Under the pieces are notes generated by a model, which worked only from the letters and a program-made list of their open reading frames with translations, was not told where the DNA came from and made no database searches. Of a stretch of 64,000 nt of DNA, positions 37,230 through 50,479 are shown in pieces (within the stretch, counting starts at the first letter, position 1; every line of letters starts with the position of its first letter). The stretch is from Vicugna vicugna (Eukaryota). The stretch covers positions 498,648 through 562,647 of the forward strand of contig MU062353.1 of the NCBI GenBank assembly GCA_013265495.1. The letters run 5' to 3'. The translations under genes were made by a program, and so were the position numbers.

Positions 37230-37840
37230 CTCAAAAGATCACCTTCCTTCTGTTTTGTCCCTTAGCAGACAGAAGGATCCTCTTATAACATGTCACATCC
37301 CATTTTTCCTCTCCTCCAAACAACTTCCCAGTCCTTATCGTGGCTCCAAGACCCTTCGTCATCCGTCCCATTGCCTTTCTCCCTCTCTCACTACTCTCTC
37401 CTTCGCTTCCTCAGCTCTGGTCACAGACCTTGCTCTTCCTGGAATTTTCCAGAGACCTCTGTGCTCATTTCTTCATCTGCCTGTTCTTCCGGCAGGTAAC
37501 TGGGAAGTGAGGCTTCAGTTCAGCTCTTGGTGTGAATGTCACCTTCTCATTGAGACCCAGCCTGGCCACCTACTTCCTTCTGCCGTCTCTCCCCCCACTT
37601 CCCTGGCAACCCTGTTTCTTCTTAACCCTGCTCGATTTTTCTTTTCCTCCACCGTACAGATCACATTTGAGCAATGTGATTTCTTACTGTCTGTGTGTGT
37701 GTGCGGTGGTGGTGCTTTGTCTCACTAGCATATAATTCCACCAGGACAAAGATCTGTTTTGCTCATCAGTTTCGGCCAGACACCAAGTTCCCAGGTCCTT
37801 GGGGCTGTAAGATGTGTCGAATGGAGGAATAAAGAAATGA
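37230..37840 (+). mobile_element. L2 3' fragment (accounts for the 207-aa ORF at 37105-37728)
   Basis: Pyrimidine-rich L2 motifs aatgtcaccttctc and cactagcatataattccaccaggacaaaga, ending gaatggaggaataaagaaatg. Confidence 0.7.
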
Positions 37841-38084
37841 GCAAGTACACTGGAGACGGCAGCGTCTACATCCCAGCTGCTGTGCAGCTCTGCAAATACC
37901 TCTGGCCTCCTAGAGTTGCCAGAAAGAAAAAAAAAAAAAGATGAGGCTTATATATCGAAAGCATTCATTGTGCAGAAATGCCACTGAGTTTTTGGAAGCA
38001 GTTTGTTCAGCTTGAGGCAGTCATGTGCTATAACTGGAAACGGCACTTCTGTTGCGTGTTTTTGTTTGGTATTATATTTATATG

Positions 38085-38136
38085 GTATTTCTTTTAATAC
38101 TGAGAATGGGTGTATTCTCAGTACTAAAAGGAGTAT
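38085..38136 (+). other. 23-bp-stem inverted repeat/hairpin with 6-nt loop (intron 8)
   Basis: gtatttcttttaatactgagaat-gggtgt-attctcagtactaaaaggagtat: 19 Watson-Crick pairs, 3 G-U pairs, one A-C mismatch, no bulges. Confidence 0.9.
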
Positions 38137-38940
38137 GTCTTGTTGTTATGAGACCAGACTACGAAAAGCAGTTTGAAGTTCATTTCAAAGTTAAAAGCCC
38201 ACGCATGTGATGCTAAGGATCTGGCAGCTGGAGGTCCAAACCCAGAGCTAGAGATGGTTAGCCCTGAGTCTTAAGTATGATTTTCTGTGGGAGGGTGAAC
38301 AGACCCAGCGAGCGTGCCTGCAAAAGGCGCGGATGAGCGTGTCTGAGCCAAGGCTGGAGGCTAACAGACCATTCAGGTTCAAGCTGTGTGGGCTCTTTCT
38401 CCTGACCCCTGTTTCATGACCCTCCTGCGGCTGCTGAGTGCTGGTTAGAAGTCATTTACCAGATAGCATTCAGGGCAGGGAAATATTTGGTAGAAAGCGG
38501 ACTGACGGTTATCATAAGGAAGCATATCTTTTGCCAAGACAGGTTGTTCCTTAACAAACCAAACCCTTTCCAGTACCCCAGACGTGTCGCTGGATTGGCC
38601 CCGACTGCTCTAAATAGTAACTTTATAGCCTCCGCCTGCTGGACCTAAATCCAGACTTCTGTGTGTGTATCTGGGGATGGGAGTGTAGGTCAAATGATAG
38701 GCTTTCCTTTCCGCACAGTAAAGGTAATAGGGTAATGTTTTCTTCCCCCACCTGTTAAATGGAGAACACCTGTAAAGTGCCTGGGGCAGTGGGAGCTAAT
38801 GAATGGAGGCTATTCTGATTTGGCCAACCTGGAAACTGGAGCCTGTATCTCTGTTTCTAAGGCACCTCAGAGGTCTCCGAACAGGGTAACTGATCAGTGG
38901 TAGTTTCAAAAACACAACTGAGATAAACCTTCCTGTAACA

Positions 38941-39014
38941 CTTTTTTTTTTCAGATTCTTTTCCATTCTAGCTTACTACAGTTCAATAAAAAAATAAAAT
39001 TTAAATAAATAAAT
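38941..39014 (+). mobile_element. Micro 5'-inverted L1 3'-end insertion
   Basis: ttttcagattcttttccattctagcttactaca resembles the antisense L1 at about 54469-54492, and is fused to sense ttcaat plus A-tail. No clear TSD. Confidence 0.6.
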
Positions 39015-39359
39015 ATGACCTCCTAAGGACAGGCTGGTTCTCCTTTCTAAGTGGTTAGTGTTTTAAGTGACTTGGGAGATACCTGACGTTCCTGGTGCTG
39101 TGTGCTCTGGAACACACCTGACGTTCCCCGAGCCGCTCCTCTCCCACAAGGAAGCACCTGAAGGGCAGGGGCCTTAGGGCACAGGCTTCCCGCCCCTGCC
39201 CACCATTCCTGGTTGTCAGGTCTCTGACCGACCATGGACTTGATCACAGAGTGGCAGCCAGTCCTGGTGTGACCACGTCTATAGGATGTAGGAAAACTGG
39301 GGAAATAGAAGCTCAGCTGTCTGTACAAACTCCTACTTGAAATGTTCTCCCCTTAACTC

Positions 39360-39508
39360 TATTCCACATCTTATGATAACCTATAATGGAAAACAATCTG
39401 AAAAGTGTATGTGTGTGTGTATGTATATATATATATAATTCAATCACTTTGCTGTGCACCTGAAACTAACACAGTATTGTCAATCAGCTGTATTTCAATT
39501 AAAAAAAC
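39360..39508 (+). mobile_element. Young L1 3' end, short
   Basis: tgataacctataatgga..(tg)n(ta)n..tcactttgctgtgcacctgaaactaacacagtattgtcaatcagctgtatttcaattaaaaaaa. Confidence 0.8.
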
Positions 39509-39519
39509 AAGAACTGAAT

Positions 39520-39585
39520 TAACCAGAACCTTGATCTTGACTTCCAAGTCTCTAGATCAATGAGAAATAAATGTCTGTTGTCCAA
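39520..39585 (+). mobile_element. MLT1 (MaLR LTR) 3' fragment
   Basis: accttgatcttgacttccaagtctctaga..tgagaaataaatgtctgttg. Confidence 0.55.
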
Positions 39586-39980
39586 GTTCCCCCCCAAAAA
39601 GGTTCTCTCCTTTTCTGCTCACCAACTGCGAGCCAGTGATAATAAAATACTGAATTCATTTACAGATATCAAGATGCAGCATCATCGTTAGCTCCTTCAC
39701 TGGACAGTGATCTGGTTTGCTGATTGGTATGAATAGAGGAAATGTTCAATTACTTACACTAATTGAGATGGAGGATTTGTATGAATGACTAAAAAGTTTG
39801 AATTAAAGATTAAGAGAGAGACAGCTTCTCTTAAAGTCCTCAACTAAAGGAAGTCTCAGAGGCCACTAACAAAGATTTACTAAGAAATATTTCTTGGTTA
39901 AATGGCATAAATCTGTAATACAGGATTTGTATTCATTTCTTTGTTTCTAAAAAATAAGCTTCAATACTTAAAATATTCTT

Positions 39981-40234
39981 TTTTTAAATTGAAGTATAGT
40001 CAATTTACAATGTTGTGTCAATTTCTCGTGTACAGCGTAATGTTTTAATCATACACATACATACATATATTCGTTTTCATTTTTTTTTCATTATCGGTTA
40101 CTGTAGGATATTGAATATAGTTCCCTGTGCTATATGGAAAAAACTTGCTGTTTATCTATTTTTTATATAGTAGTCAGTATCTGCAACTCTCAAACTCCCG
40201 ATTTATCCCCTTCCCACCCCCTTTCCATCCTGGG
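39981..40234 (-). mobile_element. Young L1 3' end with perfect 12-bp TSD
   Basis: tttttaaattgaagtatagtc..atttatccccttcccaccccctttcc. TSD taaaatattctt at 39969-39980 and 40235-40246. Confidence 0.9.
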
Positions 40235-42762
40235 TAAAATATTCTTAATCCTGTTAAATATACCTTGCATGCTCATTTCTTTTATTATTCTTTTATTCTT
40301 AATAATTCAAAGCTACATTTCAACTTAAACTAATGAGATTATAGTGACTCAGATTTTTGTGTTTCCATAAAACAGTAGATTTGCAAATCGTAAGAACTGG
40401 AGAAAATCTTGAGTTGGAGAACCTTCCTACATGTATAAAAACTTTACATTTTCAGTTTTCCAAAGAGGGCACCATGCTACGGTTATAACAACTTACAGTG
40501 GACGGCTATCTTGACCAGTGAATATAGCCCCCCAAATTTATACATTTTCGTTTGTTCAAAATGTGAAATATGGTTTACCTAATTATGTCATCCTGCCAGA
40601 TTGTACTGTGCCAAAAGGACTTAACTAGTTCTCCCATGAGCTCTACCTGTAAAGATGAGAAAATAATTAAAATCATAGGAAACAAATTTAAAATGGTAAA
40701 TATCACCTCCATTTCAAGTTGGGAAATGATTAACTTAAAAACATGCATATTGATTGAGTTTATGCAAAAAAATTTACCTTTTTCAACAAACAAAAATTTT
40801 AATTGAAAATTTTTTTTTAGTCTTAAAAATTAAGGACACATTTTCAATGATTTCAGCCTTTTATGTGGTTCATACTGAAGATGTCTTAGAAAAATTAATA
40901 TCACATTTCCTATCCATGGTACTGCATGGTCCTGTGCGTGATTCATTTTCAGTGGATGTGAAATAAAAGTAGCTGGTTTTTCCTATGGTTAGCATAAGCT
41001 CGAAGACCTGAACTAGGACATAATAATGAGCAAAGGAGGAGGGAAGGGTCCTAAAATGAATGAAGTGCTGTGTGCCACCCTTTCTGCAGGATGACGAGCA
41101 GATGATGTGGCATCTCATTTTCCCAGCACTCCTAGTATATTGGCACGTTACCACCCCACTTGATAGATGAATAAATGGGAACACAGAATGCTTAAGTTAC
41201 TTGCTCTGGGTCAAAGCTAGTCTGAGAAAGACTGAAATCAAGGCGAGATTGAAGTCAACGTGTGCCTGATTACACAGCTCAAGCTCCATCCTTTCTTCCT
41301 TGTGCTGGTGAAATATACACTGCCTTGTCTGTTACACAGACGACTGGGGCAGATGTCTTTCAATATGTATGTCCTGTGCCCATCCCACATCCACTGACTC
41401 AAAACCCCCTGGTGTTTTGAAAAAACAAATCCAGGAATATGCCTTGCCCTCTTCCTCTTCAGAGCAATATCTGGATTGACTAGTAAAAGCTAAACTGCTT
41501 TTATTTTTTTTTAAATAATTATCAAAGAGTGATCGAAGTAGAAGGGAAGAAATCAGAATGAATATTTCTCTTTAAGATTAAATTCATTACTATGTAACAA
41601 GAAAGTCTTCTTGTTTGTGTTCAAGTCTTGGAGCCTTTAGATGGGGAACACTGCAGATATTTTCTTGAAACATGTATAAAAGACATTTATCTTACTATTT
41701 AGTTTCAAAATGAGCTAGCAATTAATTCTTCTCATGTGAGTTCTTTTTGGGATATTATATCTCAAATATAATAGTCAAGTAATTAGCTAAGATTAGTGAA
41801 GAATACTTGAAACATTGGTGATAGTTGAATTATCTTTTGAATAAAACACTTAAATTGATTGGACCTGAGAACGTAGTGAAAACACCTAATTTCATTTTTT
41901 TGGTTGAACATACTTTCTTATTTAAATCAAAATCTTTTCTTTTCACATTAGCCTTACTTAAATAAGCTCATAAATGCTCTGAAATCTCAGTAGTCATTAC
42001 TGATCTTTTGTAAAATCTGATGGTATAGGCATTCTAATTTACTCGGCTCATGTGTTTAAGACATTTTTGCTTTATAGAACACTCTTCAATTTTATGAGTG
42101 TTTATTTTTCCACATAATATAGCAGTATATGTTGCAGCTCAGTAATATTGTTCAGCAATATTCGTGGAATTTAAAATAGGAATCACTTTCTTTTTGACAA
42201 CTAGTATAATGAATTGGTTGACTATTACCAAATTTGTGAAGGCAGAAAGGTCCTTTTGTGATTCCAAGAATGAATTTATTGACATTTATGAGTTTTTTAG
42301 TAGTGTTTCAACTACTTTCTCACCAGGTATCTAAAATACGTAGTGTAGGATTTATCTTTACTCTGAGGTGCAGTTATTCTGCAACAGGCTGATTTCCAGA
42401 TTTCTTTGATTTTTGCAGGAATCTTAAGATGTGGTCTTGATACCACCATTTACTTTCAAGATTATTAACAATCCATCAAAGCAGAAGGATTTGATACAAC
42501 ATGTCTATATCAAACACCGACTGTTTTTGTGCTGTGCAAGCTTGTTTTGCAGAGAATTTTAAATATAATACTGTAGTCACAAAATGGACTGTGTTCAAGA
42601 TTTTCCTTCACCCTCTCTTCAAAAAGGGTGAAAGATATCCCTACTGTGCTGCGAAATGTCTTATGTTCTCCTGAACAGCATTAACATCTTGTGTGTGTGT
42701 GCTGCTTTACTAAATTCTTTGTTCTGGAATAAACGGAAAAAAAGGGCTTTTCTTGGAGATGA

Positions 42763-42993
<231 letters not shown>

Positions 42994-43442
42994 TGAACAT
43001 GCCCCCGAGGAGAGATTCAGGAAAGTGTAAGTAAGATTTTGTAAGCACAAATGAAGCTAGACCTACACCTTTCTTGGTGGTTTGGTCACTCTGTGTTTAG
43101 GGTAGTCCTGTAACCATGGTGTTGTAAATTAAGATCTCTTCAAATGTTCCTTAGTAAAGATGATTATTTTTGTATTAAATGCCAGATTATTAAAACTTTG
43201 ATCCTAAAATTTCTTACAAAGTTAATTCATGGGGCCGGAGGCACTTAAAACCAAAGTGAACCATCATGATCATTTCATCTGGTCCCATGCATGATAGGTA
43301 ATGTAATAAAGGTTTAAGGGTTTGGCTTCCCACTCCAGAAAAAAAGGAATGTAAGGAACACAAAGAGGCGTTTGGAACCCAAGCCTTTCTTGCTCCTAGA
43401 ACAATGCTGTTTTCACTACATTGTGCTACAAACCCTGTTTTG

Positions 43443-43563
43443 GGGAGGGGAGGGTAATAAAGTTTTTTAATTTATTTTTATCTTAAAAGAGGTACTGGGG
43501 ATTGAACCCAGGACCTCATGAATGCTAAGCATGTGCTCTGCCACTGAGCTATACCCTTCCCAC
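43443..43563 (-). mobile_element. tRNA-Ala-derived SINE (camelid Vic-1 type)
   Basis: Minus strand reads gggtatagctcagtggcagagcacatgcttagcattcatgaggtcctgggttcaatccccagtacctc (A and B boxes, AGC anticodon) plus an A-rich tail. 14-bp TSD caaaccctgttttg/caaatcctgttttg at 43429-43442 and 43564-43577. Confidence 0.9.
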
Positions 43564-44092
43564 CAAATCCTGTTTTGTTTTAATCACGTTGTTTATGAAA
43601 CAAATTGAAAAATATGTTATGTTGAAAACATTGCTAATTTACATGTAATAATATCAACTCACCTTAAGCTATGCCTGCTACGAGGTGCTGCATGTTGTAT
43701 TAAAGATAGGTCATACTGAGAATTTTAGCCCTTTGTCAGATTCTTCATTCATTTATTCATTCAACAAATATGTATCCAGCGCTTACTTGCCAGTCACTGT
43801 TCCAGCTCGTCGTTTCTACCCTTAAGAGTGAACATGAAGAAACAATAGGAAAAGTCAGATTCAAGGACTCATACATGAGTGAATGAAGAAAGATCTCAGA
43901 TTAAAGTCAACCACTCTTTTTTGGTGTTAATATTGTGTGTAAACATCAGAGGGTGTAACTGACTTTTGTCATACTTAGCACGGATACTTGAAAGTTCTCA
44001 TGATTAGCTCTAACCAAGATTCATGAAAGAGTCTGCCATATTTTTTCCAAGATCATAAATAATAATAAAAATCATTTAACAGATTACATTAA

Positions 44093-44638
44093 TGATACCT
44101 TTTTATTTTCTGATGATTTGACATCTGAGGCCTCACTAACCCCAGGCAGATTGTCGCTCCCGGTATTGGCCAGTTCTTAGAGATATGGAATGACTGGTCT
44201 GCAAGCTGACCTTTCACGTACCAACCCACCAAAGCTCATATCCCCCGAATACCTTTTTTTTATCACTCTCTTAAACTTCTGCCTACTATCCACCTGCCCC
44301 ACTCACCCCAAGGCTAGGTACCAGACAACTAGAGACAACCCTTATACCCCAGAGCCCACCAGAATTTTTCAAACTACTCAATCCTTAAACCCACTCAGCC
44401 TGCTTACCCTGCCTTGCACGTTCCTTCTCGCAAAACCACAATAAAGGCTCCTGCCCACGGTTTTCCTTCACTGCCTCTTGCCTCCTGACTGACCCTGGTG
44501 CTTCCCCGGGTGCCCCCCTCATGGCATGACATGCCACCTCCTCTTGGGAACTGTGAATAATAGTCTTTTCAGTGGCAGCTTTCTCATGATCTGTTGGCTT
44601 CACCATACCTAACTAATAATGAAACCTGTATTTAAGCA
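44093..44638 (+). mobile_element. MER74-like ERVL solo LTR, sense to APP
   Basis: ttttattttctgatgatttgacatct..ggctaggtaccagacaactag..aaaccacaataaaggctc..gatctgttggcttcaccatacct. AATAAA at 44440-44445. Confidence 0.8.
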
Positions 44639-44959
44639 TAGAACTACTACTGTATCTAAAAAGACATAATTCCTTTTTTTTTTTTTAAAGATGAGTGACC
44701 ACAATACTTGGAACTACTTAGGAATCATAACACTAAAGGGAATAAAACCTTCTAATTTCAGTACTTTGGCTCTGGAATATAATGTACAGTTCTAGTTGTT
44801 GCCCGTGATGAGAACTTAAAAGTTGGACTTCATAGTTGAACTAGAAAGCTAACTAGACTGGAATAGTGAGGTTTCACCTGAAGCCAGTTCTTTTGAAAAA
44901 CAGGAGTTTTCTTCAGGAAAGACACAAGCTGATAGATCATCACTGTTAAGAAAGCATAG

Positions 44960-45248
44960 TCGGTTTACAATGGTGTGTCAATTTCTGGTCTACAGCACAA
45001 TACTTCAGTCATTTAGGAGCATATATATATTCGTTTTCATATTTTTTTAATTATAGATTATGACAATATATCGAGTATAGTTCCCTGTGCTGTACAGTAT
45101 AAATTTGTTGTTTGTCTATTTTATATATAGTAGTTAGTATCTGCAAATCTTGAACTCCCAGTTTATCCCTTCCCACCCCCTACCCCCAAACAAACATTGT
45201 AAACTGAATATACTTCAATAAAAATACATTAAAAATTTTTTTTAAAAA
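44960..45248 (+). mobile_element. 5'-inverted young L1 insertion with perfect 12-bp TSD
   Basis: TSD aagaaagcatag at 44948-44959 (after tt) and 45249-45260. Antisense segment 44960-45190 is followed by a sense terminal piece with A-tail. Confidence 0.92.
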
Positions 45249-46769
45249 AAGAAAGCATAGGATGACTGTCAGCCGCCATACTTATCCCCCACTGAAAACA
45301 CATCTTTCGGACTTAAATCCTATTTCACTGCTTGTTTCTGAAGCTTTCAGAACCCTCATTGCCCTCAAAATCCATTTGTGGGGCAATGAAGCCCCCCGAA
45401 AGAATAATAACCAAAAAAGCACTGAATGCTCAGCATGGCATTTCTGGTGCCTGCCCCCTCACCCGAACCCCCAACACCCCGACGCCAGACTCCCTCCTTC
45501 CTCTCCCACCTGTGTTCCTGACTACTGGCATTGTCATTTGTGCATCATCACACTCTGCTCAGCGTGTGCTGAACTCATCTTGGACTTCCCTTTGCTCTCA
45601 GCCTTGATCTCTGGAAATACCCTCCCACTCTCCTTCACATCTGCAAATCTCAGCCATTCCCTATAGTCACATAATCCTCAGAAGAGGACAAGCAGCCATC
45701 GCCCTTTGCATTTAACTCTAAATGTTTGCCCACCAGTTTTATCCCTCCAGCTGGATTGTAAGCGTTTCGTCCCTGTAAGTTTATATAAGGTATCTTACTA
45801 ACCTTGCATTTCTGTCTTGAACCCACTTAGTCATTATATTTTTTAAAAATATAAAACCTGAATTTTTTTCCAGTATTTATTGGTCGTTTTGATTCTATTA
45901 ATAAAACTAATTTCAAATACTCTGTTTCAGATATTACAGATCTTTCCTAGAATAGTGGCTTAATTTTATTTTAGCACATCTACATAAACCATGACTTAGC
46001 TCAGATGTGTTTTGATGGACGTTCTTCATCTTTTCAGTCATTACCTAATATCTGAGATAATTTAAAGGTTGTTGTCCTGGAGCAGAGAATGTTGTCTGTT
46101 AGATTCCAGTGATGATAGGAAAGGGAGATGCCTGGGATCAACATTTATCATCATGATCTCTGGTACTGAGTACTGGAGACTGTTTGACTTTGAACTTGCC
46201 TGCCTTTTAAATCTCTCTGTACTAATTGTCATATTCTCCACGTGAAACAGCCAAGTCTTTGAAGATCCATAAATCTGGATGATACAGACACTTTTGTGCA
46301 CGCAGTGGAAAATTGCTTTATCGGACTTTATGGGGCTTCTGCAAAGTCCAGATCCTGAGAGTTTTTTAATTTAAAAATTTTAGTCTTTTAAAATGATTTT
46401 TATTGTAGTTTTCGTTATTATTTGTTTTCTTCCAAATACAGAGGATTTGGGGTTTTTTTGGTATTAGGCGTTGTTGGGGCTGGTAATAACTCTTAACTTG
46501 TAGATTTATGTTGCTCTGTGTTATGAATGGTATCTAGCAAATAAAAGAATCCAACTAATCTTCTATTACATATGGGATTTTAACAGTTTTAACATATCCT
46601 TAAAATATGGTTCTTCAGAGTGGAAGTTGACCTTTCTCTAAACATATCATTTTTAAGAGAAGCGTCAGCATCTTAGGAACAGCCTTTTCTCCTGTCACCA
46701 AGTATAAATAAACGTAGCTCACCTGTCGGGTTTGCCGTTTTATCCTGGCACACTTGGCCACAGGGGACA

Positions 46770-46925
46770 AAAGCATGGTCTTTGGAGCCACAGAGATCTC
46801 GATTCATATCCTTCCTGCTCCATTTTTTTCCTGCATGACTCTGAGCAGGAAACTTAACCTGGTCCGTCAAGTGGGGACAGATAGCCATGCGGATTCTCAC
46901 AGGCTGATGTGAGGAATCAATTAAA
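46770..46925 (+). mobile_element. MIR SINE
   Basis: aaagcatggtctttggagcc..tgactctgagcaggaaacttaacct..gtgaggaatcaatt. Confidence 0.7.
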
Positions 46926-48913
46926 CAAGACAGATTTTGTAAAGCTCTTAATACTGGAGCTGGTGTTTAGCAGGTCAGCGGTGATCTATTATCTGCTAGG
47001 CCTAGTGTGATGGTGTAGGTGAACTGTTTTCTTTGCAAGGGTGTAGGAAATTAATAAATTGCGCTGAGAATCGAAATTTTATTTCATTTCTAGAGGACTG
47101 CTTATTTTCACTTCATGAGCCAAATCAGTCTCCTTCATTATTCCGTGGATTTCAGCTCAACGCTGAGAGCCCACGTTCTGAATATACAACGGGAGATGGT
47201 GAAAATGTACGTGTTATGAGGAAAGTCCGTTTTGCACATTCCAGTAAGACATGGCACTTCTCTCTCAAACTAATTCTGAGACTGCTTGCCTGAAGAATTC
47301 ATGGTAGAATGCCACCACTGTGAACGTTCTCAAAGCAGGAAATGGAAGTATTCTTATTGCAAGGCGTATCTCGTGTAGAAAGCAAAAGTAGCTTCAGTAG
47401 CCCTCATCTCACAGGCGCCCTTTCTTAACTCCCCGAGCCAGCAAAGCATCGGGGGCAAATGCTTCTTTACTTCTCTATTCTGTTCTTGTTCATAGCAGCC
47501 GGGCATCTTCCCCAATTTTGCTGTAAACGTGTGAGGTTATTTTTTAAATGCTCTTCCCTTGAAATAGAGAATTCATTCCATTCTTTCTCCTCCATAATTT
47601 CCTGAAAACAACACGGGGAAGCTTGTCTTTTATGCAACGAATCAATGCTAATAGACGATAAAGTATCTAATTAAAAACTGACATGATGATTCGATATGCA
47701 TTCTCATAGAATTCTCTATCAATAGTTTTTTTATTCCAAGCCTCTTTTTTTGCAATCTTGAAGGATGTCAGAAAAAAATCTATTCTGTAGGACTAAACAC
47801 CTATAAATAACAGGCTCTTTTGGTATAGAAATCAAGTTCTCTTGTGCTTCGTGTGTCCACAAAGTATGTAAGTACACAGCTGTCAACAGACCATTATTTT
47901 GCTTACTGGAACTTTCTGTCCTTTACATTACCTAGCTTAGGTACAAGCTGCATTTAAAAAAACTCAATTTGTCAGGGAGTAGTAATGCTTGAAAAGGATG
48001 CTGTAGGTGGTAAGAATCTATTTCCTTTCTCAACAACATGCACAGCTGTGGACTTTTCCTCTTTGCATTCAGATCAGTGAGTAAACTTCTCTAGAGAAAT
48101 CGTGAGTGAACATCATAGATGAGAGGGGGAGGAAGCCTTATTTTCCTACAAAACGGATGCGCCTGGTTACTGAATTAATGTTATTTGCCCGGGAATGCTT
48201 TCGCTACGTTCAGAACATTATAGTTTGTACTCTCTTGGAATTTCTGAAAGGATTTGGAGTATTCTTTGCCATTTGTGATGCAAATTGGCAATCAGAAGCT
48301 TCTAATGTGACCAAGTTGGTAATCAAAGGGGTCTTATTGCCCACGGCTTTTCAGTGCAGTGGATCTTGGGATTTCTGACAACAGAAGTCTCCTTTTCCTT
48401 CCTCCAGTGGTACTTCTTTTTGGCATTGTGTCCACGGTGTGTGTACACATGTGTAAAATGTTATATATGATTTTCCCCTCTTCATACTGTTTGAAAAGTA
48501 TACAGTCTGAAATTGTATAACTTGCTTTCACAAAAGACTGAAGCCAGCATATTGAATTTTAATGTTGGAAAACCTTGTCCAGGAAATATATGCCTTTTAT
48601 GAACCGTTGACATTTGTACACATCAAATAAAATGACTTTCAGCCATTTCTCAGGAAAATAAAAAGGCGAACTTTGTTGTAGAGGGCCACATGCCTGTAAT
48701 AAACATGAACGTGTGTGTTTAATGTACTGCTGTGATAGATTATTTACATCTTGGTGGGAGGTCAAATATTATTGAGATAGGAATGGAATGTGAGCATCTT
48801 TAATGTTTAAAATGTCAAGTATAGAAGAAGAACACAGCAGTCTATCTCACTAAATCTAGATTTGAAAAAAAGAACTGATGGTTTTAAATTTAAATGAGGT
48901 CCTTGTTTTGTAG

Positions 48914-48988
48914 GTCATGAGAGAATGGGAAGAGGCAGAGCGTCAAGCCAAGAACTTGCCTAAAGCTGATAAGAAAGCCGTTATCCAG
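48914..48988 (+). CDS. APP: APP exon 10 (E2 domain), 75 bp
   Basis: Acceptor ttttgtag, donor cag|gtaaat. Encodes [25 protein letters not shown]. Confidence 0.98.
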
Positions 48989-49698
48989 GTAAATCCTGAG
49001 CCCGTCTCCTCTAAGCAGCACACGCCAACATCCCTTGTTTATCAAGTGCATCCACCTTTTCCAGCATCTGCTGGAACCTCATGCATGATTGTTCTTATTT
49101 CCCACAACTTGCACTATAGCTCATTATTGTCTAGTAATTCCATTGCTTAAACCCCACCCTCATATTTTGCTCCCAATTAGCTCAAGTTATAACTCATTTA
49201 TATAAAACTCATATTGTTATGTAAAGTCTACTTTTTATCAGTAATACATCTTTTTTGGCTTTTGTTACATTCTGCTACTTCTCCCCCATGGCAAATTTAC
49301 ATGCTAATTTGAATTTTTGCCTGGAAGCCCTCTCAGAACTCCCTTAAGTAAACCCTGAGATTATCATGGTTATTTTCTTAAAGTGCTTTGAATAAGAGAG
49401 GGACTGTTGAAATACGCATGTAATTTCGAGTTTGAAGAATACATAAATGCATCCTACGTTGTCGTAGTCCAGGCTGTTTTCAGAGGCTGTATAGCATGAT
49501 TTATTTTGAGAAATTTGGTCTGGAGATGGAAAGCAGAGAAGGGAGGGTAACTCATGAAACAGGATGAATTAAGTCAGAAATGTTGGAATGACTGAAGTCT
49601 TTGAGTAAAGCAAAATATGGTATCCCTTTGAAAAGACTTGAGTTTGCTGCCCCATCCTGTTTGTCTGGTCCCCGACTGACCTGTGCCTGTGTTTGTGA

Positions 49699-49935
<237 letters not shown>

Positions 49936-50479
49936 TGAACCCATAAGAAAGAAATCTGGAGAAATGCCAGGAGCACCGTTATTCACAGGTTCAACCTCAG
50001 TCCTTTTTATCTGGAAGGTTAAAGGTCACAGGGCAGCTGCCTCCAGAGGACCGTCTCTGTGCAATAGACAGTCCCACCTTCCCAAGGACTCACAGTGCAA
50101 GAGTTGATACACCTGCGGTGGTGACAGTTCACGGTACAGTTGAAGTCAGGGAACCACCCGAAGCTGGAAGGACTTTAGCTGTAACCTAGCCCAGCCGTCT
50201 CTTCGTGTGATGTAAATGGGGTCAAGAAAGCTGAGATCCGGCCAGCTCATAAGGCTTTTTAGTAGAATAACAGGCACTAGAACTCAGGTTTCCTGCTCAG
50301 AGCAGGAGCCACATTCTCTGGGGATAGGAGCCCTATTCAGTCATGCTTTAGTCCGCAGCAAGGGGGCGTATTTGTGGTGTTCAGTGACAAATGCCCTGAA
50401 AGGCGTACCAAGCAGTGCGAGCACAGATCTTCTCAGTGAGGCTTCATGGGAGAGCTTACTTTGGATGTAAGGAACATTC

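Noticed and set aside
37105-37728. Longest non-APP ORF (207 aa)
   Set aside because: GTG start, low-complexity L/S/P/F composition, overlaps an L2 remnant, no recognisable domain.
43487-43558. Possible tRNA-Ala(AGC) gene
   Set aside because: Mismatch in the anticodon stem, A-rich tail and 14-bp TSD identify it as a SINE, not a functional tRNA.
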